From contig QPGO01000021.1 in NCBI GenBank assembly GCA_008632985.1, positions 372,001-436,000 on the forward strand: 64,000 nucleotides of DNA. The letters are read 5' to 3'. A program made the position numbers and the translations under genes. Below are positions 12,296-24,169 of this stretch, one piece after another (the stretch's first letter is position 1; each line of letters starts with the position of its first letter). The notes beneath the pieces were generated by a model, which was not told the origin of the DNA, did no database searches, and worked only from the letters and a program-made list of their open reading frames with translations. Source of the DNA: Psammoneis japonica. Lineage: Eukaryota.

Positions 12296-13816
12296 ATGCG
12301 TATTGGTAGTGTATTCCTCTTGCTAAGCAGCACAGCTGCTGTTTCTGGCTTTGCTCCAACGCTCTTTGGCACTCGCTCCTCGTCAAGTACGCAGCTGCAC
12401 ATTTCGTCGTGGGGTGCCAAGGGCCCTCCTCACCGTTGGGCACAAGACGAAAAGAAGCGCATGGAAAATCCCGAAACGCACATTCAATCCTATCTACCAG
12501 AGCCCGACTATGTCTATGCCCGTGATACGCTCGAGGGTGGTTCGTGTTTGGTATCGGGTCTCGTCAAGAGCACCGAACGGACCGATCAGACCGTGTTTGA
12601 TATGCTGAATTATGAATTGAGTGCATTCATGTTTGACAAGATTGTTGCCTTTGTCAATGACGTTTCCTTTGCCAAGAAGCGTCTGTTAAGTCGATCGGCG
12701 CGTTATACCGGTCTTCTCGACAAGTTGGCCTTTGAACAAGCGTCCGAGCCCGATGCTCTGCCCACGTCTAGTCAACTCGAGGGTGTTACCAATTGGGTTG
12801 CATACGTCGATGATGATTTGGTGGAAACCACCAAGAAAATTGCTGCCGTTGCGAAGGATAGTTCCGATTTGAAGAGTTTGGCGGTGCTTCTCGTCAATGC
12901 TCAGGGGTTGGATACGGCTGCTCGTCAAGACCTTGTTGCGACGTTGGAGGAAGGAGACTACGAATACACTCTCGTGGCGGTTGGAGAACTCCAAGACCAT
13001 CCGAAGGACAAGAATACTACCAGCTCCGTGATTTGGTACGGAGGAAGGCGCTCTGCCGGAAAAGGCGGTCTTTTCGCGAGAAGAAGCGCTTCGCATGGTG
13101 ACGGATACGCTTCAGTTACATGCCGGAATCAACAAGGCATTTTCCGTTTCGGAAGTTTACAATGTCAATGCCACGGAAGCCAAGCTCATCAAGGGACTGC
13201 GAGAGGCCGGGTATGCACGTGCTCAAGAAACCGATCATATGGTGCGGGATGGACCTGCGGTAAGTAACACTTATGATGCTTGTATACTTTTTTTTTCTGA
13301 ATGCATGCTCACTCCATGATTACTCTCAAAATATATCAGAATTACGAAAAAGCCATTGACGACTGGAAGAACGGCAACCCCAACGCGGCCGGCAGTGGCA
13401 ATTACAACAATTGGTGGGAGGCACCTCAATTCCAAGAAGCCGCCAAGGAACAAGAACAAGCTCTCGCCCTGCAAGAAGCCGAAACCAAGGATGCCAATTC
13501 GGAAGAAATCGAATCCATCGCCACGGAATGGGCCAAGCGTGAGTATTTCCGCAAATGCATGGCGGGAACCGTCGACAGCAAGGAAACGACCGAAGAAGAG
13601 TTTATTAAGGAAAATTGGGACCGTGCCATGTTTGAGGGCGATCTAAAGTTTCGTCAAATGAGGGGTGAAACGCCGGATGCCGAATCGGAATTGGCGGATT
13701 TCAAAATGATTCAAGAAAAGAAAAAAGAAACCATGCTGAAGCGTGCCAAGGAGGAATTGAAGGATATCATTGATGAAGATGATGACGAGGATGAAGATGA
13801 TGATGACGAGGAGTAA
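12296..13816 (+). CDS. Plastid-targeted protein of unknown function; intron 13260-13339; apparent frameshifts near 13000-13030
   Basis: Presequence MRIGSVFLLLSSTAAVSG-FAP. The gtaagt...cag intron restores the frame into NYEKAIDDW. Acidic C-terminus. Confidence 0.75.
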
Positions 13817-13861
13817 ACGAACTTGACGGGAGCGGCGTAAAAGTACCAAACATAGATACTG

Positions 13862-14110
13862 TAGTCTAATTTGATTTATTGACTCGCTGCGATTACTGTG
13901 CTTACTGCAGTGTTCTTGCCATAAATGGTGCGGTTGTAAGGTGCTTCTGTTATGCTGTTGATGATGAGTAAACGTAGAGAGAAACTTTGTGAGAGCTTAA
14001 GAGTATCAAACATTGATATAGTCTAATTTGGTTTATTGAATCGCTGCGATAACTGTGCTCGCTGCAGTGTTCGTACGTTAAATGGCGTGGTTGTACAAGC
14101 TACTTCTTTA
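13862..14110 (+). repeat. Diverged ~90-bp direct repeat (13862-~13950 and ~14019-14110) between convergent genes
   Basis: tagtctaatttg(a/g)tttattga(c/a)tcgctgcgat(t/a)actgtgct...ctgcagtgttc...taaatgg...ggttgta occurs twice. Confidence 0.75.
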
Positions 14111-14411
14111 TTCCTCCCTTTATGGCATGCTTCAACATTCTGTACCAGCAAGTCATGGAACCACGTGGATAAGCAGGAGCAAGCGCTCTTCATGCAGGCC
14201 ACAAAAGGAATCCACAAAGCTGTACACAGCCCATAAACCTAGTGGTAGTCTATAGAATAACACAAGTCAGCAACTGTAGAATTGTTTTCAGGCGCAACCT
14301 GCGTCGTCCTGTTGCTGCATAACGCGTCTTGACATCGTCCGCGTCTCTGTCAGACTCTCTCTCTCCCATCTCCACACAGTCGGCATTAAATGTACCCAAA
14401 ACAAGGATGTG

Positions 14412-15068
14412 CTATGGATTTGCGTTTTGAAGTTTCCGTAGTTGGTTTTGAACTTTTTGTATTTTGGCTTCAACGTCTCGTGATTGCGCATGAATGGAAT
14501 GCGGTTGCTGACGAGGTGGTGGGGACGAAGCGGCAGTTGAGAATGTCGCATGCCGACTTGGCTTTTGTTGGTGAGCTGGTCGGACGACTAGAGTATACTT
14601 TAACAACTGGACTCCATCCAACGCATCGATTGCGCTTCGTGCCTCTGTTATGGATTCGTATTCACAAAAGGCAATCATTCCTCGAGGTCGTGTCGAAATG
14701 TGGAGGCGTTGTATCGTTCCGTACTTCCCAAAGAGTTTTTCTAAATGCACTTGAGATATTCTTGGATGCAATCCACATATGTACAGAGTATTTGTATGAC
14801 ATTCCACTGCTGCGGGCTGGGATGTTTGTTTCTTTCCTGGAGATGATTCCCTCCTGTCGCCTGCTTCGTGCTGCTGCTGCTGCGTTTCTGAACAAGAACT
14901 TGTGTCGTGTACAAGCTTTTGCTTCTTGGCATCATCTGCGTTGTTAATATCTTCAAGTGATGATCTTCGAACGACAATATCATCATTGTCGACAGCATCC
15001 TTGTCATCTCGAGGACGCTTCAGTGACGGAAACGCATCGTCTACGGGGCTCTTTTTGTCAGTCGCCAT
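14412..15068 (-). CDS. RRM RNA-binding protein, RBM18-like
   Basis: RNP2 TLYICGL, HLEKLFGKYG, RNP1 RGMIAFCEY and C-terminal EAKIQKVQNQLRKL. Start MATDKK at 15068. Confidence 0.8.
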   Translation of the reverse strand: MATDKKSPVDDAFPSLKRPRDDKDAVDNDDIVVRRSSLEDINNADDAKKQKLVHDTSSCSETQQQQHEAGDRRESSPGKKQTSQPAAVECHTNTLYICGLHPRISQVHLEKLFGKYGTIQRLHISTRPRGMIAFCEYESITEARSAIDALDGVQLLKYTLVVRPAHQQKPSRHATFSTAASSPPPRQQPHSIHAQSRDVEAKIQKVQNQLRKLQNANP

Positions 15069-15279
15069 CGCGAAAGTTGGAAGTGTCGTGTTTTTCTTTT
15101 GTGTGTGCGTGGTGTGTGCCGTGCGCGTGCGTGGTGCGTGTTGGCTGGCTGGCTGGCTGGCGTTGGGCGGGTGTGCTTTTCTTTCCGTCTGGCTGTCTAT
15201 CCCACCTCTTTTGTATTGTAACGGTAAAATAACTGTCACAAAAATCCGAGAAATGAGAGAGAATTCCAAAAATTCCACG

Positions 15280-16284
15280 ATGCCGAAAAAACGCCGATAC
15301 AGTTACTTTTTTCAACCGGAAGGTGCAAAGACAACGACTGCAACAAAGTCCGACGAATCTGGCGGAAAGAATATGCTGCACCAGTTCTTCCGCGCAACAT
15401 GGTCGTTGTTCTCTCCTCGACGGCATCGTCTCCACCGCCTCGTCGGCTTTGCCTACCTTTTGCAGTTCATTGCAGCTTTGGCGCTTGAGTTGACTGGCCA
15501 AGGAGATTATCCACCTCCTCTTCTTTTCGTGTCGCTTCCCATTACGGGCTTTTTACAGGCATGTATCGCCAGCTTCTCTTTTGCGTTCCTACCCAACACT
15601 GACGGCAAGGTGCAGGGTTACTACAGCGACAAGCGCACAATTTCATACGATTTTCTCATGGAGAATGTGTTCTTCTCGGGCCTGCTTGCATGCCAGGCTA
15701 TCTACCTATCGTTTTCATCAGCGATCCGATCGGACCCAAGGCTACTACCGCTGGAATGTTTGTATGTATTTTTTCCTTTCCAGGTCGTACGGCCTTTGTT
15801 TCCCAAGACTTCTCTTCGCAAGAGTCTTCAAAACACAAAGGAGAAAACCCAAGATAATTCGGCATTTATGAATCGACATGCAACATTCAGTATGATATTC
15901 TACCTTATTGCAAAGCATATTGGAGGTTTCTATGTAAAGTATGTGGTATTTGCGGGAGGAAATTGGCCGGCCCATGTGCTGCGTCGCTTGGTTTTGCTGG
16001 GTGGGTGGGGAACGACAATCGCAATGTTTCTTCACACACTCAAGTTCAAGAAATACATTGGTCCCCGGCTTGCTATGCGTTGGTATACAGGATCGTTCCC
16101 TCTGTTTTGTTTGCTCTATGCACACATGATAATGTCAATGACACATCATTGGATTCTTGCTCTGTGTGCATTTGTTGGAATGGTGCTCAACCTTGGACCG
16201 CCGCACTTGTCTGCTCTGTGGCAAACAACAATGTGCATGTTGATGGTAATGCACCGACTTCAAGGACGCCTTCCATCACGATAG
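15280..16284 (+). CDS. Multi-pass membrane protein of unknown function, divergent from the RRM gene
   Basis: ATG at 15280 (MPKKRR), several hydrophobic segments and normal genic composition. Confidence 0.7.
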   Translation: MPKKRRYSYFFQPEGAKTTTATKSDESGGKNMLHQFFRATWSLFSPRRHRLHRLVGFAYLLQFIAALALELTGQGDYPPPLLFVSLPITGFLQACIASFSFAFLPNTDGKVQGYYSDKRTISYDFLMENVFFSGLLACQAIYLSFSSAIRSDPRLLPLECLYVFFPFQVVRPLFPKTSLRKSLQNTKEKTQDNSAFMNRHATFSMIFYLIAKHIGGFYVKYVVFAGGNWPAHVLRRLVLLGGWGTTIAMFLHTLKFKKYIGPRLAMRWYTGSFPLFCLLYAHMIMSMTHHWILALCAFVGMVLNLGPPHLSALWQTTMCMLMVMHRLQGRLPSR

Positions 16285-16429
16285 AATGTGACTTAAAAAG
16301 CGCCTTCTACTTTCTAGAGGGCCCCACTCGTAAGCACCTGGTCCTGCACATAGGTGGCCCTCTTTTGGAGTGGTCGGCACCCAATTTTCCAGTGCAAAAA
16401 TGTATAGTCCTACACCTTGATGCGACATT

Positions 16430-19050
16430 TTTTGGTTTTTGATGCCTGTCATGAGAGCATGAAACAAGCACAAAATGACAAGTTGCTTGCCAGTTGCCAA
16501 TTAGAAGCACCACACGGCCGCCACTGGTGCTGGAACTCTTCTTCTTCTGCTTTGAGGTTCCAGCCAGGATCAACTTTGATGTTGAGTCATGGCCACAAAT
16601 CAACAATGTTGACCATGGAAACCCGTCCCAACCATGTACCCTGTGCACTGCTGCAGGAGTGACAAAACTTGGTTTGCCTGTCATGTCTTGCTGTTTGGGT
16701 GTGTTGCCCCTTTCCAGATCAGAGGTTGTGCAAGTTGTTGCCAAAGGAGGTGACACACAAGCAACCAGGCAAAAGAAGTGGCATTGGACGAGTTCCCTTG
16801 GGGTGCCAGGATCATTTGGAGCAGGTGTCATGGTCAATTTGCAACTTTTTTTACACACACCAAACAATTGACGCCAAAATTTTGAAACACTTCATCATCA
16901 AATTTTGTCATTTAGCCAAAAGTCATGGCATGACACTCTCAAAGGAGTGGCGCCATTTTGGAGGGCTAGGAAGTTGAGATAAATCCACAGAAGAAAGGCT
17001 GGAAAGTCAACAGAAATCTGCAAACAAGGGCTGGGAAGTCAAAAGAAACTTGAAAGAAAAAGGTCATGAGGCTGACAGGAATCCAGAGGCACACCTCATG
17101 TTGGCAGATTGTGACAAACAAGCTGGCTGGACAAGGGCAAAGAAACAATCTCTAGAGGGCCTGTGGCCAAAGAAGCTGTCAAGGGTTTGCTGAAAGAGGG
17201 CATGGCAAGGTTGTGCCAGGGTCAGTGAGACAGAGTGTGTCTCTGTTGGCAAGCCATGGAACTCCAACGCAAGCCCTGGAAAAGATGGGCAAGGACACAG
17301 CTGAGCATGGAAGCGTGATGAAAGAGTTGAACAAGGAGTGAGTGTGTGTGTGTGTGACACCATTGTGGACTTGGGACAACAGACAGATGACCACACGGAA
17401 ACCATGACAAAGATCAGTGAGTGTGTCAGAAGAATGTTTTGGCCAGATGTGCAGGCACTGGTGTTTCTGAGATAGAAGAGAATGCCAGGGGAGCCAGGTT
17501 GTTCATTGGGAGGGCCGACACCATGAAGGAGAAGGGCAAAGCAATCTGGAGCAAGAAATGCAATCACCATGAAGCAGAGTGCAGTCTACAAGATGCAGAA
17601 TGCAAAGGCATTCAATGCATTTGTGGGGCAACGCACAAAGGCAATTTGTCACAAGCTTGAAGGAGCAGCAGAGTTTGCAAGAGTTGCAAAAAAGTGGGGT
17701 GTGGTGCACTGCTGAGCACTCTCAAGTTGATCTTGTTTGATGCAAATGATGAGACAAACCCACATGTCCAGGCAGTCAAGGCTTGGAAGCAGCCAGTGCT
17801 CATTTCTCAAGATGAAGGAGAAGTGCTTCAAGCAAAACTGCCACAGTGCCAGTTTGTGAGCATGGTTGCAATGGTGGAAGCATCCCATGGCAGGCCTCAC
17901 GGCAGAAATTGCCAAGAAAGATGGGCTCAGCAAGGGTGCTGATGATGCCCAGAGTGGTGATGCCAATGGAAGGTGGTGCGCCAAGGACCACTGGTGTGTC
18001 TTGAAAAACCCACATTGGCAACTCAAGTTGAGGGTTGACATGCATCCCATTTCAGCTGAGGAGGCCCTGCAGGCATTGGACGCCTGTGGGACCAGCCAAG
18101 AAGAAACCAGAGGGCACAAGTTTTGCAGCACAGAACAACCAGAAGAAGGTTGCATGCTGAAAGTGTGACAAGGTTGGATGTGGGAGAGGAGGAGTCATCC
18201 TGACAGCAATTGTTTTTTGTTGATGAAGTCAGATGGTGTGGGCCATGGGAGTTGATGGAGCAGTTTTTGATGTGGTGTTGGGTGGCATGGTTTCCAAGTG
18301 TCATCCTCCCATGCTTGATCATGTGCACAAGATTGGTTGATTGACAACGTGTGCAAAAAGAAGTGTGTGTGTGTGTGTGTGTGTTGGAACTTTGGGGTCA
18401 CAGGCAGTTTTTGCATGACAGATGGACAAAGTTGCAGTGCAAAATGCACTGGTGACTGTGGACAATGTGGCCAGTTTTAGTTCATGACTCAGACTGAGTT
18501 GTGGGTCATCTTGTGTTCACACTTTACCTTCTGCACCCACCCAACAGCATGGCAACAACAGCTGCAGCAGCAACAGCAGCTGCATGTTTGTGAGCCACAC
18601 AGAGAGTTTGGAAATGGTGAGGCTGAAAGTGTGCCAGCTGGCAAGCCATGAAGCACTCCAACATGGGGGGCACCAAGGCTTTGCAAACTTTTTTATGAAG
18701 ACACGACTTGCGTGCTTTTGAGTGAGAGCACACAAAGAGGGGCTTTGCTGGCAACAGAACCTCATGTGGGGGTGAAGCCTTGGAGCTTGGAGCAACACAG
18801 GGTGACTCATTCAATGGCACAAAAAGGTGGGGCTGAGATGCACAAGGGATTTTTGAGAGCTGGTGCAACAAACCAAAACAAAGCTTGGCCTGTGTGACAA
18901 CTCAACAAGTGCGAAGTGCTCACAACAGCATCACACCACCGTTTCCATGTCATCAACTCAGATGCATCTGGAGAATGAAAGCACAGAGAGAAAGCAAACA
19001 GCCGGTGAGACAAGGAGCACAGATTTGCTGGCACATGCCTGGCCTGTTGC
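16430..19050. mobile_element. Unclassified degenerate TE/repeat block, depleted of TpA and CpG
   Basis: Strong TA and CG loss, Tyr-free spurious ORFs, and (TG)n tracts at ~17340 and ~18363. Confidence 0.45.
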
Positions 19051-19054
19051 AACT

Positions 19055-19462
19055 CCAGGTGATGCGATGGGGGGTTCGATTCCCACCACCGGCCCATTTT
19101 TGCATTTGGCACATCAAATTCGCTCAAAATCGACTTTTTTCAAAATTGAAGGCCATGCGTGCACTTTGCACACATTTTGTTGTGTGCGCATGCCTTTCAA
19201 TTTTTGAAATGATCAAAATTGAAGGAGTTTGTTTTTTAATGTGCTAAACTGCGCCAAAAATTGGCCTTTCAAGTGATGGATTGCGCGTCACCTGGCTCCA
19301 GGTGATGCACACAGAGTCTCGATTCCCATCGCTGGCCCATTTTTGCATTTTCTTTGTGCACAGCACCTTTCGATTTTCCAAACGATCAAAATTCGAGGGA
19401 GTTCAATGTGCCAAACTGCGCAAAAAATCAGCCTCTCGAGCAATGGATTGCACATCACCTGG
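19055..19462. mobile_element. Two tandem related MITE-like units (19055-19295, 19298-19462) with CCAGGTGA...TCACCTGG termini
   Basis: Each unit starts ccaggtgatgc and ends tcacctgg. The interiors are homologous (cgattccca...ggcccatttttgcattt; gatcaaaatt; aaactgcgc...atggattgc). Confidence 0.6.
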
Positions 19463-20138
19463 GGCTGGAACAGGCCTGCACTCAACAATGGTGCAGAGGA
19501 CAGAATGACTGACAAAATGCAAAGGAGAGACAAGCCAAAATGCTGTCTCTGAGTGGGAGTTGAGCAAGAGGTGGCAGCCGAGCAAATGAGCACAGCAGAA
19601 AGAGCAGCCGTTGCACACGATGCGGAGTCCCGTGAGATGACAGATCTGGATCATCAAGTGAATTTTTCGAACCGCGCTCCTTTGTCTTCGAGTCCCGTGA
19701 GATGATTCATTCTTTTTATTCATTAGTGCAGTAAGGGTTATTGTAATCGAGTGAGTCAATCCCTTTTTGTGACCGGCTCGCGCGACTCTTTTCTGTTTTC
19801 ATTCGCATTTTTTTGAAATCTTCTTGTTTTGGCGCGCGATCTTCAAAGAAAAATCTTCTGCGGAGCGGCGAGCGGCGAGGGTTTTGGGTTTCCAAAATGC
19901 CGAATACAAGTAGTCTCTACTTCTAGTTGACTGTATGATAGGGCCCCAGTTCCAAAGGATCCCGAAAAGCTGCCGATACCTCATTTTTACCATTACCGTC
20001 TCGTATTTTAGAGTGACGTGCAGAACTTGGTGACGGTGGAAGCAGAAGAATCAGGCTACTGTATTCGTACACTGCCAACAGCAACAGAAGCCACAGCAAA
20101 ATCTTTGTAAGACTTCTATTTCTCAAAACCCATTGTCA

Positions 20139-23042
20139 ATGTCCTCCCTTGAAGCTGTGGAAGTGACGGTTACAAAACAGGGCCGGAAAAGTTATAGTAC
20201 TGTCAACTTTTCTACGAGAGATGGCACGGTCGGAAATGAAGTTATATCCGTTGACGATGTGCCCTCTGGCAACTACCTTGCACCTAAGGACTGTGATGAT
20301 GCTTCTACTGCTGAGGTTTCCATGGACTCCATTGAGAGTGACTTGATAGAGAGAAGTCGTTGCCGTTTTATGGTTATCCACCAACACGCTGTACTTTGTA
20401 TGAACAGGTGGCTAAAGCAACGTGTGTTTGTACCGCTCATGCTGCACGTTGGAAAGCATCCCTCTGTGTACGTTGTAGTGACGCTTCTGGTATCGATAGC
20501 AGTGCCATTGGCTGCGGTTCTGACGGGCTCATTTGAGGTTTTGAGTAACCAAGAGTCGTTCATCTCGCATAATGATTATCCGAAAGTCCAAGAGAGGTGG
20601 ATTGAAGCCACATTTTCCGAATTTCGGCCTGTGAGTGTACTGTTACATGCAAATGGGGAGAACATGGTTACTGTTGAGGGCGTGGAAAGAGCCTGGCACG
20701 TGATTGAGACTATCTCGACGGTTAATGGGTTTGACGAAATATGCGGAGGTGAAGGAAAAGAGTGCCTCCTTTCATCTTTGACCAATTTCTGGGATAACGA
20801 ACAAGCTTTTCAGAAGGAATTGATCGAGAGAGGCTATGAAGGCGTTCTAGATACCATGTCCGGCACCACCTATGCTGATGGGAGTCCTGTTGATAAAAGC
20901 ATCATTTATGGGAAAATGGATGCCAATGACTCGAGTCTGGTTACGACTGCTGCATCGTTTCGAATCATTGTGTTTCTCCCGGAATCCAAGACCGGAACGC
21001 CAGCCTTTGAATCGAGACTCATTTCAGCACTGCTGGAGCTTAATGATCAGTGGCATGATAATGAGTATGAATTGGAAGCCTTCTGCACCGCATGCGTTGA
21101 CAATGAGGTTGCAAGGTCTATTGACGAAGATATGCCGCTCTTTGGGGTTACCTTTGCGGTCATGCTTCTGTTTGCAGCTGCAATCATGACACGATGTCAG
21201 AAGAATTCTAAAGGGCAGTGGCTGGTTTCTTCACATGGACTGTTGGGCATAGGAGCGACCACTTGTGTTCTGTTGAGTATTGGGACAGGGTTTGGGTTCT
21301 GCGCTCTTTGTGGGATCCAGCTGACATCGGCAACTACGGCTCTTCCATTTATTCTAATTGGAATTGGACTGGATGACGCTTTTGTATTGATTGGAGCATT
21401 CCGTCAAACACAACCGGATTGTGCTCTCTCTGAGCGTCTGCGAGGAATGGCCGAAGTAGCAGGACCAAGTATTCTTGTCACCACACTGACAGACATGGCA
21501 GCTTTTGGAATCGGAGGTCTTGTTACAAGTATCCCAACTCTTCGATATGTAGGATTCTACGCAGTCGTATCAGTGTTTGTGGACTTCGTCTACCAAGTAA
21601 CGTTCTTCATTGCATTGATCGTACTCGATCAGCGCCGACAGGCTGCTGAGCGTAGAGATTTCTTTTTCTGTTCAAAAGCGCTAAATCGAGAGGATGATTG
21701 TGATGATGCTGACACAATGCCGAAAGACCATAGGAGATCCAAGATCGACTTCGTTGTGAACAAGTACGCCACCTTCCTTTTGCATCCCTTGTCCAAGACC
21801 ACTGTTGTTGTGGGATTTACCTACCTGCTAGTCGTGGGTATTGTCGGGGCCACTCAACTGACAGTAGAATTCGCCGTGACCGAACTGACTCCGTCCGACT
21901 CCTACATTGACTCGTTTTTCAATGCAGACCGCGAGCACTACTCGGAAACTGGAGGAGGCACGCCAGGAACACTTCTCTTCAGTGACCTTGACTTGTCTAA
22001 AAGTGATGTGGTTGATGCTGTTTATCAGTTTGTAGATGAATTACACGGCATGGGTTTCATTTCAAGACACCCTTCGCGATTCTGGATTGATGACTTTCTC
22101 AATTTCACTCAAAGCGTCGGGAACTCTTCAGAGCCGTTCGTTGAACAGCTTGAAGATTTTCTGGAAAGTGATGTGTACCGAAAGTTGCATGGCCAAGATA
22201 TAGTGCGAGATCCTGATTCAGGTGAACTTATCGCCTCCCGTGCTGGCGTAACTTTGCCTTTTAGCTATGATGAGCCAACCGTCGATTTGGTAGACTTTCT
22301 CGTCAACCAACGACAACTATCTTTGGCCCAACCAGTCAACCAAAGAAGAGTGGCAAATGGAAGTCCCATACCGATGTTTCTCTATTCTCCGGAGTTCGTG
22401 TTCTTTGAACATTTCCGAAAGATACCCACGGAGATGACAAGCGCCCTGGTTTCGAGTACATTGACAGTGGGAGTAATTACATTCTTTTTCTTACCTCACA
22501 TCAGTGGAGTTGTTTTGGCACTGGTCATTGTTGCGGCTGTCAACGTGGAGTTGATGGGTATTATTTACTTCTCGGGAAACGCAATCAGCAGCTTGACAAC
22601 CTTCATCTTAGTGATTTCGATTGGGCTGGTGGTAGACTACTGCCTACACATTATACATGCTTACCTGCATGCTCCGCCAATGGTGTGCAACAACCGAACA
22701 GATCGAGCCGCGTATGCGTTGAAGGAAGTTGGAGTCTCTGTCTTTCTTGGTGGCGCTTCGAATTTTCTCGGAATCATATTCCTTGCTTTTGCTTCATCTC
22801 AAGGTGAGTCGTCTCCTCAGATCAAGCGATGGGGGTTTCGGCATTCAAAAATGATCACGAAGACTCACATGCGTGTTCTCCTCTGAATAGCCGTCAACAC
22901 AATGGGTGTTTTGTTTCTGTCAGTTGTTGTGCTGTCACTAGCACACGGTCTGATTTTCGCGCCAGTCGCGTTATCGTTGATCGGTCCAACTCGATCCTTT
23001 CACAAGACGCAGGAACAAGCTGAGAAGACCTCGCAAAAATGA
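20139..23042 (+). CDS. Patched/NPC1-family sterol-sensing-domain (RND) membrane protein; intron 22804-22890
   Basis: SSD motifs LPFILIGIGLDDAF, GPSILVTTLTD and SIGLVVDYCLHI. The spliced last exon gives HGLIFAPVALSLIGP and a TGA at 23040-23042. Confidence 0.9.
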
Positions 23043-23379
23043 AGAAAGTGCATGCCAAGGGCGTGTTGCTGCGTGGCACAGGTGCCATGTAGCAAAGATA
23101 ATGTTGTTGTTTTAGATAAAATCAAATTTTGTTTGCTGTTGTCAGAGAAAAATGCTGTCAGTGTCGGTGGGAGCCTCCAACATTTTTTTCAAAACGGAGT
23201 CGTCATCATCGCTTCTTTTGTTGAAATGCAATGGATTTGGAAGTTGTGTGGTCAACACATGATGGAGTTGGTCACAACTGCTCCCACATCCCATCCCATT
23301 GTTCACATCACTCTTGGTTGGCCTTTTTGGATTTGTTGCTCTGGACATTGCATCACAATGCATGTGAGAGCTCAAGACC

Positions 23380-24165
23380 ACACTCTCTGGCAGTCTCTGG
23401 GTTCTTTTGGTTGTCGAATGTTGTTCTTGCAGATTGCACCCACACCTTTTGATTTCTGACTTTTCTTTTTGTGCTGTGGCACTGTTGGGGGGCCATCATT
23501 GTTGTGCCACATCCACTGGCTCCACTCACCATGCACAAAACAAAATGCAAGCCCCCAGTCCTCATTTTTGTGAGATCACACCCCTGGCCACTGCTTGGGG
23601 CATGGTTGTTCTGGTGCATGCTGGACTTGAAGCTTGAAGCTGCCATTGCAGTTTCTTTGCTTCAGCTGCAGCAAAATGAACATTGCTGGATCACATGCTG
23701 ACACTCAGTGCAGACAAAGACAGTGCTCCTGCTCCATTTTGGCAGTTTTCTCAAGAACACACTGTCTGATCTCTGGGTTGGGGGGGGGGGGGGCTGTCTG
23801 AGGTTGTTCTTGCAGCAGATTGCACCCACACTTTGTGGCTCCTGACTTTTTTTGTGCACCACCATTGTTGGGCCATCATCATTGTTCCACCAAACGCCCA
23901 TCCACCCACCCTGCCAGGAAGATGCCTTCCAACATGATGACACACCCACAGCTCAATCACCACACACCAGAAGCTCACTTTTGATGACAAAACAAAATGC
24001 AAACCCAAGTCCTTCTTTGCAAGATTGCTGGGCATGACACACCTGGTGCACTTCCCATCCCTGTCCCACCCTGCCAACAATGCTCATCTTGGTGCATGAC
24101 AACATGCACCACTGGCATGCTCTTTTTTTGATGTGTGCCAGACTTGAAGCTTGAAGCTGACCATT
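23380..24165 (+). repeat. Diverged tandem duplication (~23380-23650 vs ~23760-24165) inside a TpA-free block
   Basis: Shared segments: gttgttcttgc...agattgcacccacac, gggccatcat, aaaacaaaatgcaa, gacttgaagcttgaagctg. Confidence 0.65.
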
Positions 24166-24169
24166 GAGA

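Noticed and set aside
14902..15279. Long N-terminal extensions of overlapping ORFs 14902-16284 and 14412-15278
   Set aside because: The extensions are antisense or promoter read-through. The plausible starts are ATG 15280 (+) and 15068 (-) around a shared ~210-bp divergent promoter.
17420..18260. Possible Helitron/PIF1 helicase motifs (AGTGVS, FFVDEV)
   Set aside because: The motifs are too degenerate and too far apart to support a call.
17338..18385. (TG)n microsatellites as converted (TA)n tracts
   Set aside because: Compatible with the model, but TG repeats are common anyway and there is no ancestral copy here to test against.
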